Assembly: GCF_009914755.1 (NCBI RefSeq)
Contig: NC_060941.1
Strand: one strand, 5' to 3'
Length of the DNA: 64,000 nt
Source of the DNA: the human T2T-CHM13v2.0 reference genome, Homo sapiens
Shown here: positions 57,001-64,000 of the stretch, piece by piece
How the letters are laid out: the number at the start of each line of letters is the position of its first letter
Numbering within the stretch: the first letter of the stretch is position 1
Program-made: the position numbers and the translations under genes
The notes under the pieces: model-generated
The model's input: only the letters and a program-made list of their open reading frames with translations
The model's database searches: none
What the model was told of the DNA's origin: nothing

Positions 57001-60000
57001 TTTGTGATGATTGCATTCAAGTCACAGAGTTGAACATTCCCTTTGACAGAGCAGTTTGGAAACTCTCTTTGTGTAGAATCTGCAAGTGGAGATACGGACC
57101 GCTTTGAGGCCTATGGTAGTAAAGGAAATAGCTTCATATAAAAGCTAGACAGTAGCATTCACAGAAAACTCTTGGTGACGACTGAGTTTAACTCACAGAG
57201 CTGAACATTCCTTTGGATGGAGCAGTTTCGAAACACACTATTTGTAGAATGTGCAAGTGGATATTTAGGCCTCTCTGAGGATTTCGTTGGAAACGGGATA
57301 AACCGCACAGAACTAAACAGAAGCATTCTCAGAACCTTCTTCGTGATGTTTGCATTCAACTCACAGTGTTGAACCTTTCTTTGATAGTTCAGGTTTGAAA
57401 CGGTCTTTCTGTAGAAACTGCAAGTAGATATTTGGACCTCTCTGAGGATTTCGTTGGAAACGGGATAACCCGCACAGAACTAAAACAGAAGCATTCTCAG
57501 AACCCTCTTCGTGATGTTTGCATTCAACTCACAGTGCTGAACCTTTCTTTGATAGTTCAGCTTTGAAACACTCTTTTTGTAGAAACTGCAAGTGGATATT
57601 TGGTCCTCTCTGAGCATTTCGTTGGAAACGGGATAAACTGCACAGAACTAAACAGAAGCATTCTCAGAACCTTCTTCGTGATGTCTGCATTCAACTCACA
57701 GTGTGGAACCTTTCTTTGATAGTTCAGGTTTGAAACACTCTTTCTGTAGAAACTGCAAGGGGATAATTGCACTCTTTGAGGAGTACCGTAGTAAAGGAAA
57801 TAACTTCCTATAAAAAGAAGACAGAAGCTTTCTCAGAAAATTCTTTGGGATGATTGAGTTGAACTCACAGAGCTGAGCATTCCTTGCGATGTAGCAGTTT
57901 AGAAACACACTTTCTGCAGAATCTGCAAGTGCATATTTGGACCTCTGTGAGGAATTCGTTGGAAACGGGATAATTTCAGCTGACTAAACAGAAGCAGTCT
58001 CAGAATCTTCTTTGTGATGTTTGCATTCAAATCCCCGAGTTGAACTTTCCTTTCAAAGTTCACGTTTGAAACACTCTTTTTGCAGGATCTACAAGTGGAT
58101 ATTTGGACCACTCTGTGTCCTTCGTTCGAAACGGGTATATCTTCACATGACATCTAGACAGAAGCATCCTCAGAAGCTTCTCTGTGATGACTGCATTCAA
58201 CTCACGGAGTTGAACACTCCTTTTGAGAGCGCAGTTTTGAAACTCTCTTTCTGTGGCATCTGCAAGGGGACATGTAGACCTCTTTGAAGATTTCGTTGGA
58301 AACGGAATCATCTTCACATAAAAACTATACAGATGCATTCTCAGGAACTTTTTGGTGATGTTTGTATTCAACTCCCAGAGTTGAACTTTCCTTTGGAAAG
58401 AGCAGCTATGAAACACTCTTTTTCTAGAATCTGCAAGTGGACGTTTGGAGGGCTTTGTGGTTTGTGGTGGAAAAGGAAATATCTTCACCTAAATACTAGA
58501 TAGAAGCATTCTCAGAAACTGCTTTGTGATGATTGCATTCACCTCACAGAGTTGAACATTCCTATTGATAGAGCAGTTTGGAAACACTCTTGTTGTGGAA
58601 TGTGCAAGTGGAGATTTGGAGCGCTTTGAGGCCTATGGTAGTAAAGGGAATAGCTTCATAGAAAAACTAGACAGAAGCATTCTCAGAAAATACTTTGTGA
58701 TGATTGAGTTTAACTCACAGAGCTGAACATTCCTTTGGATGGAGCAGGTTTGAGACACACTTTTTGTAGAATCTACAAGTGGATATTTGGACCTCTCTGA
58801 GGATTTCGTTGGAAACGGGATAACTGCACCTAACTAAACGGAAGCATTCTCAGAAACTTCTTGGTGATGTTTGCATTCAAATCCCAGAGTTGAACCTTCC
58901 TTTGATAGTTCAGGTTTGAAACACTCTTTTTGTAGGATCTGCAAGTGGATATTTGGACCACTCTGTGGCCTTCGTTCGAAACGGGTATATCTTCGCATAA
59001 AATCTAGACAGAAGCCTTCTCAGAAACTTCTCTGTGATGATTGCATTCAACTCACAGAGTTGAACCCTCCTATGGATAGAGCAGTGTTGAAACTCTCTTT
59101 TTGTGGAATCTGCAAGTGGATATGTGGACCTCTCCGAAGATGTCTTTGGAAACGGGAATATCTTCACATAAAAACTAAACAGAAGCATTCTCAGAAACTT
59201 CTCTGTGATGTTTGTGTTCAACTCCCAGAGTTTCACATTGCTTTTCATAGAGTAGTTCTGAAACATGCTTTTCGTAGTGTCTACAAGTGGACATTTGGAG
59301 CGCTTTCAGGCCTGTGGTGGAAAACGAATTATGGTCACATAAAAACTGGAGAGAAGCATTGTCAGAAACTTCTTTGTGATGATTGCATTCAACTCACAGA
59401 GTTGAAGGTTCCTTTTCAAAGAGCAGTTTCCAATCACTCTTTGTGTGGAATCTGCAAGTGGATATTTGGACCTATTTTGAAGATTTCGTTGGAAACGGGA
59501 GAATCTTCACAGGAAAGCTAAACAGAAGCATTCTCAGAAACTTCTTTGTGATGCTTGCATTCAACTCACAGAGTTGAACTTTCCTTTCGAGAGAGAAGCT
59601 TTGAAACACTCTTTTTCCAGAATCTGCAAGTGGACATTTGGAGGGCTTTGAGGCCTGTGGTGGAAAAGGAATTATCTTCCCGTAAAAGCTAGATAGAAGC
59701 ATTCTCAGAAACTACTTTGTGATGATTGCATTCAAGTCACAGAGTTGAACATTCCCTTTGACAGAGCAGTTTGGAAACTCTCTTTGTGTAGAATCTGCAA
59801 GTGGAGATACGGACCGCTTTGAGGCCTATGGTAGTAAAGGAAATAGCTTCATATAAAAGCTAGACAGTAGCATTCACAGAAAACTCTTGGTGACGACTGA
59901 GTTTAACTCACAGAGCTGAACATTCCTTTGGATGGAGCAGTTTCGAAACACACTATTTGTAGAATGTGCAAGTGGATATTTAGGCCTCTCTGAGGATTTC

Positions 60001-63000
60001 GTTGGAAACGGGATAAACCGCACAGAACTAAACAGAAGCATTCTCAGAACCTTCTTCGTGATGTTTGCATTCAACTCACAGTGTTGAACCTTTCTTTGAT
60101 AGTTCAGGTTTGAAACGGTCTTTCTGTAGAAACTGCAAGTAGATATTTGGACCGCTCTGAGGATTTCGTTGGAAACGGGATAACCCGCACAGAACTAAAA
60201 CAGAAGCATTCTCAGAACCCTCTTCGTGATGTTTGCATTCAACTCACAGTGCTGAACCTTTCTTTGATAGTTCAGCTTTGAAACACTCTTTTTGTAGAAA
60301 CTGCAAGTGGATATTTGGTCCTCTCTGAGCATTTCGTTGGAAACGGGATAAACTGCACAGAACTAAACAGAAGCATTCTCAGAACCTTCTTCGTGATGTC
60401 TGCATTCAACTCACAGTGTGGAACCTTTCTTTGATAGTTCAGGTTTGAAACACTCTTTTTGTAGAAACTGCAAGGGGATAATTGCACTCTTTGAGGAGTA
60501 CCGTAGTAAAGGAAATAACTTCCTATAAAAAGAAGACAGAAGCTTTCTCAGAAAATTCTTTGGGATGATTGAGTTGAACTCACAGAGCTGAGCATTCCTT
60601 GCGATGTAGCAGTTTAGAAACACACTTTCTGCAGAATCTGCAAGTGCATATTTGGACCTCTGTGAGGAATTCGTTGGAAACGGGATAATTTCAGCTGACT
60701 AAACAGAAGCAGTCTCAGAATCTTCTTTGTGATGTTTGCATTCACATCCCCGAGTTGAACTTTCCTTTCAAAGTTCACGTTTGAAACACTCTTTTTGCAG
60801 GATCTACAAGTGGATATTTGGACCACTCTGTGTCCTTCGTTCGAAACGGGTATATCTTCACATGACATCTAGACAGAAGCATCCTCAGAAGCTTCTCTGT
60901 GATGACTGCATTCAACTCACGGAGTTGAACACTCCTTTTGAGAGCGCAGTTTTGAAACTCTCTTTCTGTGGCATCTGCAAGGGGACATGTAGACCTCTTT
61001 GAAGATTTCGTTGGAAACGGAATCATCTTCACATAAAAACTATACAGATGCATTCTCAGGAACTTTTTGGTGATGTTTGTATTCAACTCCCAGAGTTGAA
61101 CTTTCCTTTGGAAAGAGCAGCTATGAAACACTCTTTTTCTAGAATCTGCAAGTGGACGTTTGGAGGGCTTTGTGGTTTGTGGTGGAAAAGGAAATATCTT
61201 CACCTAAATACTAGATAGAAGCATTCTCAGAAACTGCTTTGTGATGATTGCATTCACCTCACAGAGTTGAACATTCCTATTGATAGAGCAGTTTGGAAAC
61301 ACTCTTGTTGTGGAATGTGCAAGTGGAGATTTGGAGCGCTTTGAGGCCTATGGTAGTAAAGGGAATAGCTTCATAGAAAAACTAGACAGAAGCATTCTCA
61401 GAAAATACTTTGTGATGATTGAGTTTAACTCACAGAGCTGAACATTCCTTTGGATGGAGCAGGTTTGAGACACACTTTTTGTAGAATCTACAAGTGGATA
61501 TTTGGACCTCTCTGAGGATTTCGTTGGAAACGGGATAACTGCACCTAACTAAACGGAAGCATTCTCAGAAACTTCTTGGTGATGTTTGCATTCAAATCCC
61601 AGAGTTGAACCTTCCTTTGATAGTTCAGGTTTGAAACACTCTTTTTGTAGGATCTGCAAGTGGATATTTGGACCACTCTGTGGCCTTCGTTCGAAACGGG
61701 TATATCTTCGCATAAAATCTAGACAGAAGCCTTCTCAGAAACTTCTCTGTGATGATTGCATTCAACTCACAGAGTTGAACCCTCCTATGGATAGAGCAGT
61801 GTTGAAACTCTCTTTTTGTGGAATCTGCAAGTGGATATGTGGACCTCTCCGAAGATGTCTTTGGAAACGGGAATATCTTCACATAAAAACTAAACAGAAG
61901 CATTCTCAGAAACTTCTCTGTGATGTTTGTGTTCAACTCCCAGAGTTTCACATTGCTTTTCATAGAGTAGTTCTGAAACATGCTTTTCGTAGTGTCTACA
62001 AGTGGACATTTGGAGCGCTTTCAGGCCTGTGGTGGAAAACGAATTATGGTCACATAAAAACTGGAGAGAAGCATTGTCAGAAACTTCTTTGTGATGATTG
62101 CATTCAACTCACAGAGTTGAAGGTTCCTTTTCAAAGAGCAGTTTCCAATCACTCTTTGTGTGGAATCTGCAAGTGGATATTTGGACCTATTTTGAAGATT
62201 TCGTTGGAAACGGGAGAATCTTCACAGGAAAGCTAAACAGAAGCATTCTCAGAAACTTCTTTGTGATGCTTGCATTCAACTCACAGAGTTGAACTTTCCT
62301 TTCGAGAGAGAAGCTTTGAAACACTCTTTTTCCAGAATCTGCAAGTGGACATTTGGAGGGCTTTGAGGCCTGTGGTGGAAAAGGAATTATCTTCCCGTAA
62401 AAGCTAGATAGAAGCATTCTCAGAAACTACTTTGTGATGATTGCATTCAAGTCACAGAGTTGAACATTCCCTTTGACAGAGCAGTTTGGAAACTCTCTTT
62501 GTGTAGAATCTGCAAGTGGAGATATGGACCGCTTTGAGGCCTATGGTAGTAAAGGAAATAGCTTCATATAAAAGCTAGACAGTAGCATTCACAGAAAACT
62601 CTTGGTGACGACTGAGTTTAACTCACAGAGCTGAACATTCCTTTGGATGGAGCAGTTTCGAAACACACTATTTGTAGAATGTGCAAGTGGATATTTAGGC
62701 CTCTCTGAGGATTTCGTTGGAAACGGGATAAACCGCACAGAACTAAACAGAAGCATTCTCAGAACCTTCTTCGTGATGTTTGCATTCAACTCACAGTGTT
62801 GAACCTTTCTTTGATAGTTCAGGTTTGAAACGGTCTTTCTGTAGAAACTGCAAGTAGATATTTGGACCGCTCTGAGGATTTCGTTGGAAACGGGATAACC
62901 CGCACAGAACTAAAACAGAAGCATTCTCAGAACCCTCTTCGTGATGTTTGCATTCAACTCACAGTGCTGAACCTTTCTTTGATAGTTCAGCTTTGAAACA

Positions 63001-64000
63001 CTCTTTTTGTAGAAACTGCAAGTGGATATTTGGTCCTCTCTGAGGATTTCGTTGGAAACGGGATAAACTGCACAGAACTAAACAGAAGCATTCTCAGAAC
63101 CTTCTTCGTGATGTCTGCATTCAACTCACAGTGTGGAACCTTTCTTTGATAGTTCAGGTTTGAAACACTCTTTTTGTAGAAACTGCAAGGGGATAATTGC
63201 ACTCTTTGAGGAGTACCGTAGTAAAGGAAATAACTTCCTATAAAAAGAAGACAGAAGCTTTCTCAGAAAATTCTTTGGGATGATTGAGTTGAACTCACAG
63301 AGCTGAGCATTCCTTGCGATGTAGCAGTTTAGAAACACACTTTCTGCAGAATCTGCAAGTGCATATTTGGACCTCTGTGAGCAATTCGTTGGAAACGGGA
63401 TAATTTCAGCTGACTAAACAGAAGCAGTCTCAGAATCTTCTTTGTGATGTTTGCATTCACATCCCCGAGTTGAACTTTCCTTTCAAAGTTCACGTTTGAA
63501 ACACTCTTTTTGCAGGATCTACAAGTGGATATTTGGACCACTCTGTGTCCTTCGTTCGAAACGGGTATATCTTCACATGACATCTAGACAGAAGCATCCT
63601 CAGAAGCTTCTCTGTGATGACTGCATTCAACTCACGGAGTTGAACACTCCTTTTGAGAGCGCAGTTTTGAAACTCTCTTTCTGTGGCATCTGCAAGGGGA
63701 CATGTAGACCTCTTTGAAGATTTCGTTGGAAACGGAATCATCTTCACATAAAAACTATACAGATGCATTCTCAGGAACTTTTTGGTGATGTTTGTATTCA
63801 ACTCCCAGAGTTGAACTTTCCTTTGGAAAGAGCAGCTATGAAACACTCTTTTTCTAGAATCTGCAAGTGGACGTTTGGAGGGCTTTGTGGTTTGTGGTGG
63901 AAAAGGAAATATCTTCACCTAAATACTAGATAGAAGCATTCTCAGAAACTGCTTTGTGATGATTGCATTCACCTCACAGAGTTGAACATTCCTATTGATA

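Larger units (their letters stand above)
1..64000 (+). repeat. D17Z1: Alpha-satellite higher-order repeat array: ~23.6 tandem copies of a 2,715-bp 16-mer, most likely human chromosome 17 D17Z1 (SF3)
   Basis: Sequence and ORF track recur at exactly +2715 (e.g. ORFs at 144, 2859, 5574 ... 62589). Monomers of ~171 bp carry alphoid hallmarks (CATTCTCAGAAACTTCTTTGTGATG, TTCAACTCACAGAGTTGAAC, TTCGTTGGAAACGGGA). A 2.7-kb 16-mer with one EcoRI site is the known D17Z1 unit. Alpha-satellite call is essentially certain; the locus name is recalled knowledge, not searched. Confidence 0.95.

Noticed and set aside
144-63918. All remaining 64-118 aa ORFs on both strands
   Set aside because: Overlapping chance ORFs of alpha satellite repeated every 2715 bp; no coding signal.
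1-64000. HOR structural variants, inversions or mobile-element insertions; a novel gene system
   Set aside because: The 2715-bp phase and orientation never break, and I saw no non-alphoid sequence anywhere in the window.

Overview
The whole 64 kb window is primate (almost certainly human) centromeric alpha-satellite DNA. It is an uninterrupted head-to-tail array of about 23.6 copies of a 2,715-bp, 16-monomer higher-order repeat (HOR). Copy n starts at 1+2715*(n-1), and the 24th copy is partial. Unit size, monomer count, one EcoRI site per unit and the pentameric (suprachromosomal family 3, W1-W5) monomer order with an internal triplication match the chromosome 17 D17Z1 16-mer (p17H8-type); this assignment is from recall, not a database search. 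Each HOR has 8 intact CENP-B boxes, 2 degenerate boxes and 6 A-type (pJalpha-type) monomers. There are no genes, transposon insertions, inversions or HOR length variants, and all listed ORFs are repeat artefacts. I found no new protein-coding system. The informative signal is in about 15 single-base variants read by eye. They form local haplotype blocks, mosaic copies and a distant haplotype re-appearance, and include a CENP-B box knockout and an EcoRI-site loss. They also show a skewed spectrum: transversion-rich, no G/C-to-A/T changes, and CpG gains rather than losses.
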